The position numbers and the translations under genes were made by a program. The notes below the pieces were generated by a model, which was not told where the DNA came from, ran no database searches, and saw only the letters and a list, made by a program, of their open reading frames with translations. Shown in pieces: positions 1 through 9,395 of a stretch of 46,433 nucleotides of DNA; positions within the stretch are counted from its first letter, which is position 1, and each line of letters starts with the position of its first letter. This DNA comes from Candidatus Bathyarchaeota archaeon (lineage in GTDB: Archaea; Thermoproteota; Bathyarchaeia; RBG-16-48-13; JAGMEO01), in assembly GCA_030602965.1 (NCBI GenBank), contig JAUVYS010000002.1, positions 1 through 46,433 of the forward strand. The letters run 5' to 3'.

Positions 1-1
1 C

Positions 2-18
2 AAAAAAAAAAAAAAAAA
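2..18 (-). terminator. Poly(T) tract, archaeal-type terminator
   Basis: T17 on the minus strand 4 nt after the stop of ORF 23..127. Confidence 0.45.
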
Positions 19-22
19 TGGT

Positions 23-127
23 CTAGTCCTTTTTTAGCTTAAGACCAGCCAACAAGCCGACCCAATAACCCAAAGCATAAGCCGACATAATAAACCAAAA
101 CAAACCAACACATAAGACGACAAACAA
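23..127 (-). CDS. Small hydrophobic protein (34 aa, not in ORF track)
   Basis: Hand translation from TTG: MFVVLCVGLFWFIMSAYALGYWVGLLAGLKLKKD; follows the stop of 131..313. Confidence 0.35.
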   Translation of the reverse strand: MFVVLCVGLFWFIMSAYALGYWVGLLAGLKLKKD

Positions 128-130
128 ACT

Positions 131-313
131 TTAACCGTCCATAATGTTAAGAGCTTCGTTTACATCTTCAATAGCCGACACAATAAATTCTCTTAAACCC
201 GAGCCTTTTTCAGTAAAAATCTCAGCATTAACCAAACCACTTTTCGCAATTCCCAACCACTTTATTATCTGAGTCTGTTTCCACGCGGGCAACGGGTGAG
301 TTTCAAAAGCCAA
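131..313 (-). CDS. Hypothetical protein
   Basis: ORF with GAGG RBS, behind a GCAAAA-N8-TATA element. Confidence 0.65.
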   Translation of the reverse strand: MAFETHPLPAWKQTQIIKWLGIAKSGLVNAEIFTEKGSGLREFIVSAIEDVNEALNIMDG

Positions 314-332
314 CTTAAAAACCTCTCTAACC

Positions 333-350
333 TATACCTATACGTTTTGC
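333..350 (-). promoter_or_regulatory. GCAAAA-N8-TATA element
   Basis: GCAAAA CGTATAGG TATA, 19 nt before TTG at 313. Confidence 0.7.
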
Positions 351-449
351 TTGATTCGGACAATCTTCAGGGATAAACGCTTTAATGTTTAAGCAGTATA
401 TACCACGATTATTTGAGCAACCTTTACAACTCAAAGTTTTTCACCTGTC

Positions 450-743
450 TTATCTTCTCCCTGAATAATGGAGGTTAGCCTGGGGGATCTCCCAAGTTCG
501 AGGTCGTAATCTGTTTATCTCAGCATCAACAAAATAGCCCCAAACTTCAACACTTCCCTGAATGAAACCAAACCATTTTTTCCCCTTAAGAACTCCATCG
601 GGAAATTCATATTCTCCCTCTTCAACTATCTCAACGCCAAACCAAAACCAACCACTAAAAGATTCCCAACCTTTCAAAACCTCTTTGTCGTCTATAAAGA
701 GCTTAGTCTTATCGCCCACTTCCCGACTTTCAAACCGTGCCAT
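450..743 (-). CDS. DUF2958-like protein
   Basis: SGWFWFGVE and FGFIQG...WGYF...EI patterns recalled for DUF2958; GGTGA RBS. Confidence 0.55.
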   Translation of the reverse strand: MARFESREVGDKTKLFIDDKEVLKGWESFSGWFWFGVEIVEEGEYEFPDGVLKGKKWFGFIQGSVEVWGYFVDAEINRLRPRTWEIPQANLHYSGRR

Positions 744-758
744 ATTCTCACCTTAACC

Positions 759-776
759 TATACTGGAAGGTTTTGC
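759..776 (-). promoter_or_regulatory. GCAAAA-N8-TATA element
   Basis: GCAAAA CCTTCCAG TATA, directly after the TAA of the upstream gene and 15 nt before ATG at 743. Confidence 0.7.
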
Positions 777-1133
777 TTAGATCTTTTCTACGTCTTGACC
801 TAAAAGTTTCGCAAAGGCTTCGGCTGTTTGGTGGTCGTTTACTCCTTCAAGAGTCTTAAAAGCTATCTCTCGCGCTTCGCTAATACTGTATTTGATAGCT
901 CTACCGATTACCTCAGTTAAGGCATTATGAAGAGCGGTCTTTTTCTGTTCCTCTTTTGACATCTCAAAGTCTTTCTGAAGTATGCGGTACTTCAAATATT
1001 CCCGATTATGACGAATCAAGGGTTCAAGAGATTCAATAACCAACTGAATGTTTAATTCATATTTCTTACTTTCTTCATACCTCTTCCTCTCATGCTCGTT
1101 GATAAAATCCTGTTCTTCTTCGGTGTAACTCAT
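777..1133 (-). CDS. Hypothetical helical protein
   Basis: ORF; start moved to MSYTEE after a GAGGTTGA RBS. Confidence 0.65.
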   Translation of the reverse strand: MSYTEEEQDFINEHERKRYEESKKYELNIQLVIESLEPLIRHNREYLKYRILQKDFEMSKEEQKKTALHNALTEVIGRAIKYSISEAREIAFKTLEGVNDHQTAEAFAKLLGQDVEKI

Positions 1134-1134
1134 T

Positions 1135-1353
1135 TCAATCAACCTCTTCATTTTCATCATCCCAAATAATGTAATCTACTCTACTGAATGGCATAAATAT
1201 TTTATTTCCATTCTCAAGAATAGCTTTTACATATAACTGTTGAAAAATCGTGTGTGCGGTGATTTGAATCTGTGCATGGCTATCTATAGTATCAGTCACT
1301 AATCTACCTGACCCCTCTTTATTTGACATGTTTTCACGAAAATATTTATTCAT
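1135..1353 (-). CDS. Hypothetical protein
   Basis: ORF; start moved to the ATG at 1353 after GAGGT RBS and promoter element. Confidence 0.6.
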   Translation of the reverse strand: MNKYFRENMSNKEGSGRLVTDTIDSHAQIQITAHTIFQQLYVKAILENGNKIFMPFSRVDYIIWDDENEEVD

Positions 1354-1370
1354 ATTTCTTGACCTCAATC

Positions 1371-1388
1371 TATAAACTGAGGTTTTGC
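1371..1388 (-). promoter_or_regulatory. GCAAAA-N8-TATA element
   Basis: GCAAAA CCTCAGTT TATA. Confidence 0.7.
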
Positions 1389-1495
1389 GTTAACATTAGC
1401 CGACAAAAAAAAGATATATGAAATATACGCAAAAATGGATCCGAAAAGATGATAAATGAATCGTACATCAAAGACAAAAAAAAAGAGGGAGGCAG

Positions 1496-2476
1496 TTAAG
1501 CCTTTATCAAGTCGCTGAGTTTCTTCAGCTTTCCAGACTTCACCCGTTCCTTAAGCCAACCAAGACCTTTATCAACCGCTTCTTTTTTGTCGTCTATCAA
1601 TAAGCAAGCTCCTGAGATCGTGCTTAGTTTCTGTTTAGTGTGGTCTGTCTGTCCCTTCGGAGTCTTCCTGAACTCTCCATGTCCAGCGATCCAACTGGAA
1701 GCCATAGCCAAACCCCAAAGCGTCTTCGGTTCATCTTTGAAACGATCAAAAACCGTCTTGATTGTCTTCTTACCTAACCCATAGCTTAAGCCCATAGCCG
1801 ACATAATAACCCTCATTTCTTTAGCCGACACACTAACTTTTCTCGATTGTTTTACACGGTTAAATACGCTGTGCTGATTGTCTTCTGCTCGTTTGATTGC
1901 TTCTTTCAATCTCGGTTCAAGTTCTCGAAGGCGTTCAATCCTTAACACCCGTTCAAAGTTTCCAGTGTTCAATCCGAACCTTTGAAGCCCTGACACATTC
2001 AACCAGGAGAGAGGATTAAAACACAACTCTACACGAATGAAAGATCCTATTCTTATGGCGTTTCGTGTGGTGATAGTTCCCCCGTTGATCTGGAAGCCCA
2101 CCTTCAAACCTGCAACTTCTCTGATAAAATCTACTTTCCCGTACATCCCTTCAACATCCAACAAAGGAACGCCTATGATCTTCTCTGCTGTTTGATACAC
2201 AACTTCGGGAGGGATCAACAAATGCTTCTGTGTGGCTACTGCCCTAACTTTCCCGTCTATTACGATAAACTGCAAAGGCTTCGAGTTAGGCGTGTGGTTT
2301 TCATCAAAGAACCCTAAACCCTTCCTTTTAATCTCTGCATCTATCTTACGCCCATGCACAAGTCTAAGATAAGACCATTTCGCACGTTTCCTCCAAACTG
2401 GAAGATCCGCCTGTGTGCCGTCTTCTAACTCTACAACACTCGGAGATTGTAAAGTTCCAACTAAAATCTGCTCCAT
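1496..2476 (-). CDS. DUF932-like phage/plasmid protein
   Basis: RVELCFN and TLWGLAMASSWIA resemble the RxxCxN and TLWxxxNAxT motifs of DUF932; followed by a T9 tract at 1476-1484. Confidence 0.55.
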   Translation of the reverse strand: MEQILVGTLQSPSVVELEDGTQADLPVWRKRAKWSYLRLVHGRKIDAEIKRKGLGFFDENHTPNSKPLQFIVIDGKVRAVATQKHLLIPPEVVYQTAEKIIGVPLLDVEGMYGKVDFIREVAGLKVGFQINGGTITTRNAIRIGSFIRVELCFNPLSWLNVSGLQRFGLNTGNFERVLRIERLRELEPRLKEAIKRAEDNQHSVFNRVKQSRKVSVSAKEMRVIMSAMGLSYGLGKKTIKTVFDRFKDEPKTLWGLAMASSWIAGHGEFRKTPKGQTDHTKQKLSTISGACLLIDDKKEAVDKGLGWLKERVKSGKLKKLSDLIKA

Positions 2477-2492
2477 TATTTCACTCTCACCC

Positions 2493-2510
2493 TATAAGTA
2501 AGGATTTTGC
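2493..2510 (-). promoter_or_regulatory. GCAAAA-N8-TATA element
   Basis: GCAAAA TCCTTACT TATA, directly after the TAG of the upstream gene. Confidence 0.7.
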
Positions 2511-2807
2511 CTAATTTGTTTGTCGGCTTCTGTTTTTCCATCTCTTATGTATTTCTTTTCGAGTATGCTCAATGCAAAGCCTCCATATATCGCATAAACT
2601 CCCTTTAGAGACAATTTCTTGTTTTTGACATTTTTTACAAGCAATTATGAATCCACTTTTCATATCCTTGAGTACCCCACCCGTTTCAAGAATAACTATT
2701 CCACCTTTATTTTCATAGATTTCTTCAACAAGAAAGAAACTTTTTCCCTTCTCTTCATGGATCTTCATTAATTCTTTCTTTTCCAAAAAATTTTCTACGT
2801 AAGCCAT
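2511..2807 (-). CDS. Hypothetical protein with CxxC and a possible C2H2-like site
   Basis: CKKC ... HTRKEIH; start MAYVEN coupled by TAATG to ORF 2807..2977. Confidence 0.55.
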   Translation of the reverse strand: MAYVENFLEKKELMKIHEEKGKSFFLVEEIYENKGGIVILETGGVLKDMKSGFIIACKKCQKQEIVSKGSLCDIWRLCIEHTRKEIHKRWKNRSRQTN

Positions 2808-2977
2808 TATTTCGCTTCTCCTTCTTTCTCCATACATTCTTTACATATCGGGTAAGATTCCCCGTGACCTTGACAATGAAACCAGTCCTTATCTTCAACC
2901 ATATCAGAAGTCAAGTCTTTACCACAATTAAAACAGTCACCCCAAACCTGTAAGAGTTTATCTATGTCGTCTATCAT
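2807..2977 (-). CDS. Small Zn-finger protein (56 aa, not in ORF track)
   Basis: Hand translation MIDDIDKLLQVWGDCFNCGKDL...PICKECMEKEGEAK; stop/start overlaps on both sides. Confidence 0.6.
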   Translation of the reverse strand: MIDDIDKLLQVWGDCFNCGKDLTSDMVEDKDWFHCQGHGESYPICKECMEKEGEAK

Positions 2978-3159
2978 TTCTCAACTTTCCCGTCTAATCT
3001 GAAGCTCCTACATTTCAATACATCTTTAAGGTATTGACGATTAGGCTGTTCTATTGAATGTTGTTCAATCTCTAAATAGTACCCGTATTTCATCTGACAG
3101 TTTCGACATCTCTCTGAAGAAAAACCACTATTCCAAACATGACCGCTTGCTTCTATCAT
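2974..3159 (-). CDS. Small Cys/His protein
   Basis: H...CRNC...C; ATGA coupling to neighbours. Confidence 0.55.
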   Translation of the reverse strand: MIEASGHVWNSGFSSERCRNCQMKYGYYLEIEQHSIEQPNRQYLKDVLKCRSFRLDGKVEK

Positions 3160-3350
3160 TTCGCTTCCTCAAAACAATCTGGACATAATCGATTATAATG
3201 AAGAGGTAAATCATTTCTTCCACATTTTTTACAGGGAACATTCAAAATATCCTCCTTCAAGAGTTTATCTATGTCGTCTATAATCTTAGCTCTCTCAACA
3301 TAACCGTCAAGAGTCTTTCCCTTGAAGAGATCCTTAAGTTTCTCGTTCAT
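3156..3350 (-). CDS. Small Zn-finger protein
   Basis: CKKC...CPDC; shares IDDIDKLL and terminal EAK with 2807..2977. Confidence 0.6.
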   Translation of the reverse strand: MNEKLKDLFKGKTLDGYVERAKIIDDIDKLLKEDILNVPCKKCGRNDLPLHYNRLCPDCFEEAK

Positions 3351-3590
3351 CTTTATTCCTCATACGTCTTATTTTTCCTTTGTACCGATAAGAACGTGGA
3401 CATCTTTTCATAGTCTAGTCCTCAATCTAAGCAGGTCTTTGAATTCTCCTTATTTCGTATCCCCAAGACTTTTCAAGCAAGAGATATTTACCTTTGAAGT
3501 GTTCCCGTTTCTGTATGGTTTCAAAAAGATCCTTTAATAAACCAATAGCGTTCAATCATTCTCCCTCAATAAAGAAAAGGAGGGTTTTGC

Positions 3591-4016
3591 TTATCCTTGT
3601 TTATAGATCCATTGTTTAAGACGACATAGATACTGTTTGTCTTGCAGTTGTAAGATTGCTTCATGGTCTTCTATAAAATCAGAGTTGTCTGGATAGAATC
3701 GTTTCAATAGATGAAAATAGATTCTTGTCCACATACGATCTAAGGGAGCATCCATACTTGCTGTTGCGATATACGTTAATGCTTCATAATCGGTGGCTTC
3801 CGTTATTTTCTCCCCTTTACTATTCTTGATTTGTTTTAATCGTTCCATTTGGATTCGAGTCTTTTGTTCCTCAGTTATCATAGCTGACCATCCTCTATGA
3901 CCAATGATAGTTCTCGGCTTCGAGAGAAGTTCAGCTAACATATCAAATATCCGTAAACCTTGTTCTCTCTGTTTAACTGTGCCTTCACCGAAAAGCAGTT
4001 TTTGTTCTTTCGTCAT
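3591..4016 (-). CDS. Hypothetical protein
   Basis: 141-aa ORF; GCAAAA-N8-TAAA upstream (4029-4046); stop abuts the next GCAAAA (3585-3590). Confidence 0.7.
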   Translation of the reverse strand: MTKEQKLLFGEGTVKQREQGLRIFDMLAELLSKPRTIIGHRGWSAMITEEQKTRIQMERLKQIKNSKGEKITEATDYEALTYIATASMDAPLDRMWTRIYFHLLKRFYPDNSDFIEDHEAILQLQDKQYLCRLKQWIYKQG

Positions 4017-4142
4017 GGTATCTCAATCTTTACTCTGTCGTTTTGCTTAGAAAATTCTAAAGCTCCGCATAAAGCATCATTGCTTAAACTATTCAAGTAA
4101 CCAAGAAGGAGTCTTCTTCGGCATTAGTACCATCATCACCCC

Positions 4143-4586
4143 CTAAAAGAAGTTAGATAGAGATTTTTGATCTCCTTGTTGTCCAAATAATTCTCTAGTT
4201 TTCTTCTTGAATATTTTAATCAAAGCGTTATTGATCTCTATTGGAATATTGACTATGACTTCCCCTTCACAATTTAAACAATTAGTGAGATAAGCGGTTC
4301 GGTCTTTTTCAGGATCAAAACAGAAACTATTCGAGTTGTATGTATCACATATTGGACATTTAACATTAGTCCATGCTATTTGTGTTGAGAGGATTCCAAA
4401 ATTCTCATCTTTAAACTCTATACAGGGTGTTACTTTTCCCTTCCCATCCATAAACACAACTTCTTCTGTCGTCTTCTCTTCTATTGAGGGTTTCCAGTCT
4501 TCCCGTACTTTATCAAAGGTTTCTCCAAGAGTAGCCATTTCCATTTGACGCGCAAGTTCAATAGCATCATCAGCCGGTTGGCGCAA
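4143..4586 (-). CDS. Zn-ribbon protein
   Basis: CPIC...CLNC; GCAAAA-N8-TTTA upstream (4605-4622). Confidence 0.65.
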   Translation of the reverse strand: MRQPADDAIELARQMEMATLGETFDKVREDWKPSIEEKTTEEVVFMDGKGKVTPCIEFKDENFGILSTQIAWTNVKCPICDTYNSNSFCFDPEKDRTAYLTNCLNCEGEVIVNIPIEINNALIKIFKKKTRELFGQQGDQKSLSNFF

Positions 4587-4631
4587 ACAACATCATCTCT
4601 ACTTTAAACATAGAGATTTTGCGTAGATTTC

Positions 4632-4880
4632 TCAATCTTTCTTCATGACCTCAGCTTTCATCTCTTCAAATTTTTTGGAATAAGATTTTTTCAGATCCAA
4701 ATATTTCATTAAACGATTTGATTCATCCTGCACTCCTTCATGTATCAAAGATAGTAATGGACAAAATTGACTGAGAACTTCTCTTACCTTTGGCTTCACC
4801 TCTGGCACATAATTCTGAACCGCAAAACGTTTTTCTTGTTCACACTCATCCTTCACAGGACACAACTTACACTTCATCAT
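4632..4880 (-). CDS. Small Cys-rich protein
   Basis: CKLCP...C...CPL; GAGGT RBS. Confidence 0.6.
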   Translation of the reverse strand: MMKCKLCPVKDECEQEKRFAVQNYVPEVKPKVREVLSQFCPLLSLIHEGVQDESNRLMKYLDLKKSYSKKFEEMKAEVMKKD

Positions 4881-4893
4881 TTCAACCTCAATC

Positions 4894-4911
4894 TATACAA
4901 AAAGTTTTTGC
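4894..4911 (-). promoter_or_regulatory. GCAAAA-N8-TATA element
   Basis: GCAAAA ACTTTTTG TATA. Confidence 0.7.
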
Positions 4912-4915
4912 GTGA

Positions 4916-5287
4916 CTATTCACCCAACAAAAAAATAATATCTTTAATAAGTGATCTTGAAACTTTCACATGATCCTCTGGTGGCAGACATTTTGAGCAT
5001 CCTTTTCCTTTACACACATTACATGATTCATGTAAAAAACCTTCAAGATATTTCTGTAATTGTCTTTTTCTTTCTTTCATATAAGAGGGATTCTTTCTAA
5101 CGGAAACAGATGATATTACTTGTTCAAAGTCTTCCTTCTTAACTGAACCTAAAGGTGTGAGATTAGTATCTTCACCTGACGATTCTAGTAGGGATACACT
5201 GTATGTATCAGGGCTAGTCTTATCCCAAATAAACATCAAAGTCTTATCAGAACCTAATTCCAACTCAAACATTTTCTTCTCAGTCAT
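4916..5287 (-). CDS. Hypothetical protein with CxxCxGxGCxxC
   Basis: CNVCKGKGCSKC. Confidence 0.6.
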   Translation of the reverse strand: MTEKKMFELELGSDKTLMFIWDKTSPDTYSVSLLESSGEDTNLTPLGSVKKEDFEQVISSVSVRKNPSYMKERKRQLQKYLEGFLHESCNVCKGKGCSKCLPPEDHVKVSRSLIKDIIFLLGE

Positions 5288-5296
5288 TATCTACAC

Positions 5297-5512
5297 CTAA
5301 CGCGTAAAGATTTTATCATAGAATAAAATAATAAAAAAAAACCCGATTACAAGAATTCCAATAAATAATATTACACCGATGATAATCCAACTTATTAGAA
5401 ATATCCAAAGAGGTATTTTATATCCAACAAGCAAATAAGCTGCTATACATGCCGCTACAAAAGCAACATAACCAAATGCTAATATGAGCATGAAAGCCGA
5501 TATTTTATCCAT
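5297..5512 (-). CDS. Small membrane protein (2 TM)
   Basis: Two long hydrophobic stretches. Confidence 0.6.
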   Translation of the reverse strand: MDKISAFMLILAFGYVAFVAACIAAYLLVGYKIPLWIFLISWIIIGVILFIGILVIGFFFIILFYDKIFTR

Positions 5513-5515
5513 TTT

Positions 5516-5863
5516 TTATTTGTCCTGGGCATTTTCTTCCCTTAACATTTTTTGAATTGTTTCAGCTAATTCCTTATATTTATCATTGTACACCTTAATT
5601 TCCCATTTCCACCCGTGCAGTCCTGCTACTTCACGTTCTATCGTCATGATCCCATGCCATTTATCACGCCAACCAAAAGGAGTATATTTTCGTAAAAAAT
5701 GTCCTTCTTTTGGATGAATAACTATCCACGGCGCATCGACACATGAATACAATTCGGCGATCAGATTTCCAGGTAATACTCTCTGTACCTTCTCTTTTAC
5801 CTCTTTTATGGTTAGAACCTTTTTGGGTTTAACAATTTCAATCGAAACATCAACCATACTCAA
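5516..5863 (-). CDS. Hypothetical protein
   Basis: ORF in operon, GAGGATGA RBS. Confidence 0.6.
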   Translation of the reverse strand: MSMVDVSIEIVKPKKVLTIKEVKEKVQRVLPGNLIAELYSCVDAPWIVIHPKEGHFLRKYTPFGWRDKWHGIMTIEREVAGLHGWKWEIKVYNDKYKELAETIQKMLREENAQDK

Positions 5864-5902
5864 TCATCCTCTTCTCTATCAACTGTGCTTCATTACTCTT
5901 CA

Positions 5903-6151
5903 TTACTCTGTAAGAGTTTTAGGGGTAGCACGTACTAGAAAAACATCGTCTTTGAGGATACCACTAATCTTTTTTCCGTGAAAAAGCACTTTCACCACTG
6001 TTTCCCCGTCACAGATTCGCACGTCTCGATCAACATCAATAATGATTTCTCTGAGATCCGGCTTCCAACCAAGAGCTTTCATTTCCTGTGGGCTAACTTT
6101 TGGTTTAAATCTAATCCACAAATTCTTATCATCTCGCATTTCAAGATACAA
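5903..6151 (-). CDS. Hypothetical protein
   Basis: AGGTGA RBS and promoter element upstream. Confidence 0.6.
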   Translation of the reverse strand: MYLEMRDDKNLWIRFKPKVSPQEMKALGWKPDLREIIIDVDRDVRICDGETVVKVLFHGKKISGILKDDVFLVRATPKTLTE

Positions 6152-6167
6152 TTCAACTCACCTACTT

Positions 6168-6185
6168 TATACTCAGAAGTTTTGC
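6168..6185 (-). promoter_or_regulatory. GCAAAA-N8-TATA element
   Basis: GCAAAA CTTCTGAG TATA. Confidence 0.7.
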
Positions 6186-6386
6186 TTAAAAATGACCTGG
6201 AGGAGGATATTTACCAAAAAATTCTATTAATTCTTCTACAAACTTGTCAATACGTTTCTTAATTTTCTTCTTGATCGTTTTGAGCTTCATCTTTCTATTC
6301 ATCTTCGGACAAACCAAAAAACCGCGAATAAACCCGAAGAAATCAATCCATCAACCTGAACTCCCATAGTTATAAACTCCTCATAT

Positions 6387-6404
6387 TATACTGTTAATTT
6401 TTGC
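6387..6404 (-). promoter_or_regulatory. GCAAAA-N8-TATA element, head of the left small-gene array
   Basis: GCAAAA ATTAACAG TATA, back-to-back with a canonical AAAAGTTTAAA promoter on the plus strand. Confidence 0.7.
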
Positions 6405-6450
6405 CTAAAAGTTTAAAGGAACGGAACACATATCTTTTTTGTGGTTAAAC

Positions 6451-6735
6451 ATGGTTTTTCTTTATGAAGATTATAAACCACAACAAATCAAATCTCCTAT
6501 TTCAGATACGAGAATAGGGAGAGAACGAATAAAAAACAATCAGATAACTGGAGAAGTTCCCTATCATCCTCCTTTCCGTCCTGTTGGTCCACACTCAGTA
6601 ATAGAGGAAATCGGCGGCGGTGTCGACAGTAAACACCGTCTTGGAAGAACTCAATATTGGCCTACAGAACATAAAAGCCCGGGTATAGTTGACAGTCAAT
6701 GGTATCCTTGGCAGACAACAATTGAAGAAGTTTGA
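6451..6735 (+). CDS. MVFLYE-tagged Pro-rich hypothetical protein
   Basis: Start moved to ATG 6451; BRE/TATA-like AAAAGTTTAAA at 6407-6417. Confidence 0.65.
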   Translation: MVFLYEDYKPQQIKSPISDTRIGRERIKNNQITGEVPYHPPFRPVGPHSVIEEIGGGVDSKHRLGRTQYWPTEHKSPGIVDSQWYPWQTTIEEV

Positions 6736-6795
6736 TACACACCAACTAGAAATATTTAAAAAGAAATATTGAATAATAAAAAAAGATGATATAAA

Positions 6796-7326
6796 ATGGT
6801 AGATTCAATAATCAGTATTATGATACGAGATCCAGTACATCCTTGTGGGCCTTACGACCGCACAGGACACTCATTTCGAGTAGATATTTTTAATTGTGAC
6901 TTCACCCCCCTTTTTTATAAGGGTATAACCTACAACAATTTCCCGCTTAACGTAAAGGGAAAGAAAGGAGGTTCCATACATAGACAAATCAGAGTTCCTC
7001 CCGGTTTTTATTTGATTCGTGGTCATGCCAGATGCCATAATGTTGTTACAGAGTGGGCTATGGTTCAGGTAGGATGCGGCACAACAGTATGCGTAAACTT
7101 GTTGCCTACATCAATCCATTACTGCCTATTGAGAACCGTAGGAGCCATATTAGCCACTGATCAAGTGAAAAAAATTTACGCTAAAGAAGCAGACGAAGTA
7201 GTTCGAGCAATCAATAAACTACTAAAAAGAATGCCTAGAACCTTGATGCCTGCACCACCTACAGCCAAACAACTCGAAGAACTAGAAAACGAAGAGAAAG
7301 AAGAGGAGAAAAAAGAAGCTAGCTAA
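6796..7326 (+). CDS. Cys-rich hypothetical protein with acidic tail
   Basis: 176-aa ORF; GAAATATTTAAA promoter upstream, T-rich tract downstream. Confidence 0.7.
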   Translation: MVDSIISIMIRDPVHPCGPYDRTGHSFRVDIFNCDFTPLFYKGITYNNFPLNVKGKKGGSIHRQIRVPPGFYLIRGHARCHNVVTEWAMVQVGCGTTVCVNLLPTSIHYCLLRTVGAILATDQVKKIYAKEADEVVRAINKLLKRMPRTLMPAPPTAKQLEELENEEKEEEKKEAS

Positions 7327-7367
7327 GTAGCTAGCTACCCTTTTTATTCTTAGATTTAAGAACCTAC

Positions 7368-8234
7368 TTAAACTTTGAATATGCCTGTATCAACCCATTC
7401 ATGTTTTATGATCGTCCACCAATCGATTGCTAAACCTGTTAAAACATACTCGTAAGGTAACCATCCATAACCGTTATCACCCCAACCCGTACCCCAAGAA
7501 TTTCTGATGAGTAACGCTCCAACAGTATTTTTTCTGCAAATATTATTCTTAATCTGCCTATCATTGTTGTATCCAACAGCCACCACAGCATGACCTCCAA
7601 GAATCCTTTCTCCACGACATGGATAAGGAATCTTCCCATCTCCTGCTGCTTGTCTGATTGAACTGTAAACTGTAAATCCGAACATGGATGGCAGGCCAGC
7701 CGCTAAATTCGTTTTGATTCGAGCTAACAAAATGTCTTTAGGTGTAAGTGAAGGATCTAACCTCACATACTTAAGTGGTTGATAATTTTGTGCAAAAGAA
7801 TAACAAAACGCGGAAGGCTCATCATCAAATTTACTGATGACATACGGCATATATTCCTCCGGAGGAACACCGAATAATCTCATTGCTCCCATAGTTGTAC
7901 GGAGGTATGCTCCAGTGTCTCCAGTCCAATGAAGCAATTTCCGTGTTACCTTGTAAAGGAAGAGTCTGGATGCATCAATATGTCTTCCAAAAGCCTTCCG
8001 TTCATAATATTCAACTAAAGATATACCAGCGTTTGCTGTGCAGGAACCGAGGGCACCTTGATCCTCAATCGGTGGACACCACGCACGGAGATCCACAGCA
8101 GTTGGAAGACCAACTTTTAAAGGCTCAACAATCCCCATTGTTTCTATCATAGATTTAACTTTTTCATGTTCCAGTGTGTAATCTCTAAAATCAGGTAAAT
8201 CAGGAAGCCATCCCATACTTCTTACTTCACTCAT
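7368..8234 (-). CDS. Papain-like cysteine peptidase (C1 family)
   Basis: DQGALGSCTANA (catalytic Cys), GGHAVVAVGY (His), IRNSWG (Asn). Confidence 0.93.
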   Translation of the reverse strand: MSEVRSMGWLPDLPDFRDYTLEHEKVKSMIETMGIVEPLKVGLPTAVDLRAWCPPIEDQGALGSCTANAGISLVEYYERKAFGRHIDASRLFLYKVTRKLLHWTGDTGAYLRTTMGAMRLFGVPPEEYMPYVISKFDDEPSAFCYSFAQNYQPLKYVRLDPSLTPKDILLARIKTNLAAGLPSMFGFTVYSSIRQAAGDGKIPYPCRGERILGGHAVVAVGYNNDRQIKNNICRKNTVGALLIRNSWGTGWGDNGYGWLPYEYVLTGLAIDWWTIIKHEWVDTGIFKV

Positions 8235-8301
8235 CTTTTCAACCTCACTAAAAATTATCTATTATCAATTTAAATTTTGTGTGTCCTCGCGTTTCCGTGA
8301 G

Positions 8302-8496
8302 TTATTTTTTAAAGACGACGATTCTTATTACTTGAGCCAAGATCATAAAGGCAACCGCGAACCCAGCTACGATAACAATTATGATTAAACTACCACTCGT
8401 TGATTCCCATACGTCCGTAACAGGAATAACTGCAATAATTAGGTTTAAGAAGAGAAATATGAATCCCATTACTAACAAGATCTTAGACAGCTTCAT
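8302..8496 (-). CDS. Small membrane protein (2 TM)
   Basis: MKLSKILL start, two hydrophobic helices. Confidence 0.6.
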   Translation of the reverse strand: MKLSKILLVMGFIFLFLNLIIAVIPVTDVWESTSGSLIIIVIVAGFAVAFMILAQVIRIVVFKK

Positions 8497-8510
8497 TTGA
8501 CGCGCGATAC

Positions 8511-9026
8511 CTAAAGAATGATGCTCATAGTTTCCATTGTTCTCGGTAAAACTACCCACGCGCTTAACCATGCATTTACATGTGGTTTCACTGGATCTGC
8601 TTCTGACACAATTTCAAAACTGAAAGTATCTTTAAAAATGGGTTGAGGATACATAGCAGCCGTTTTTTCTTCTTTTAATGCTACAAACTTGGTGAACCAA
8701 TCGGAAAGATATCTGATGAAACAGCCTTCATACCACTTCATAGAAACAAAATCCACGTCTGTACTGAACATGCCGACAGGATAAAACACTACATTACTCT
8801 TTAAAGTTACACAGTGTTCCCCTACAGGCATTTCATAAGTAGGCCAACCGAAATGAACAGGTTGAAAACCTACAACTGACATACGAATTCTCTGTTCTTC
8901 TTCAATCTTAGCTGCTTCTGCTATTGCATCTTCATATCTACTTAACGCACGAACATTATTATTCATGAAATTCTGAAGAAGATTTTTAGTGCTTAATTCC
9001 TCAGTTTCAGGATATAAAAAAACCAT
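8511..9026 (-). CDS. Paralogue of 26422..26970 (putative capsid-type beta protein) with MVFLYP tag
   Basis: Collinear with 26422..26970 (RYxDAxxEAA, PVHxG, DFxxMxW, WFT, VLPRTM). Confidence 0.6.
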   Translation of the reverse strand: MVFLYPETEELSTKNLLQNFMNNNVRALSRYEDAIAEAAKIEEEQRIRMSVVGFQPVHFGWPTYEMPVGEHCVTLKSNVVFYPVGMFSTDVDFVSMKWYEGCFIRYLSDWFTKFVALKEEKTAAMYPQPIFKDTFSFEIVSEADPVKPHVNAWLSAWVVLPRTMETMSIIL

Positions 9027-9090
9027 AATTACTATTTAGTTTTTAAATTAATAAGAGTTTGCAGATACCTATGCTAATACGCGAGAATCT

Positions 9091-9276
9091 TCATCGGATA
9101 CTTGTTTCTCTTCGCCAATCATAATACCATCCATAGAAAGTTTCTCTCTCCAAAAAATCAAGTATTAAGTATTTTCGTAAATAAATACAATAAAACTTCA
9201 CAAGTTGCCTCTTAACTTTGTAAGGAAAATCTTTTGGGAATTGCCCTTTTGTATTAATCATTTCAGTCTCGCTCAT
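9091..9276 (-). CDS. Hypothetical protein
   Basis: 61-aa ORF only. Confidence 0.4.
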   Translation of the reverse strand: MSETEMINTKGQFPKDFPYKVKRQLVKFYCIYLRKYLILDFLERETFYGWYYDWRRETSIR

Positions 9277-9395
9277 GGTCTCATAGAGCTTCCTTCGTAT
9301 TAATCAAGTTATACGCGTATGAATTCTGGATCTGGATTTGTGCTTCCTAAATTATTTATGTAAGATTTAACGTCTGAGGGCTATAGGTGTTGAGG

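Noticed and set aside
1..130. Telomere-like or terminal inverted repeat matching the G/T-rich right end
   Set aside because: Only compositional complementarity and no alignable repeat; the left end is explained by a small hydrophobic ORF and a poly(T) terminator.
9003..9026. LYPETEEL as an ALIX-binding LYPxnL late domain
   Set aside because: Spacing differs from LYPxL/LYPxxxL, and most copies of the tag have LYE rather than LYP.
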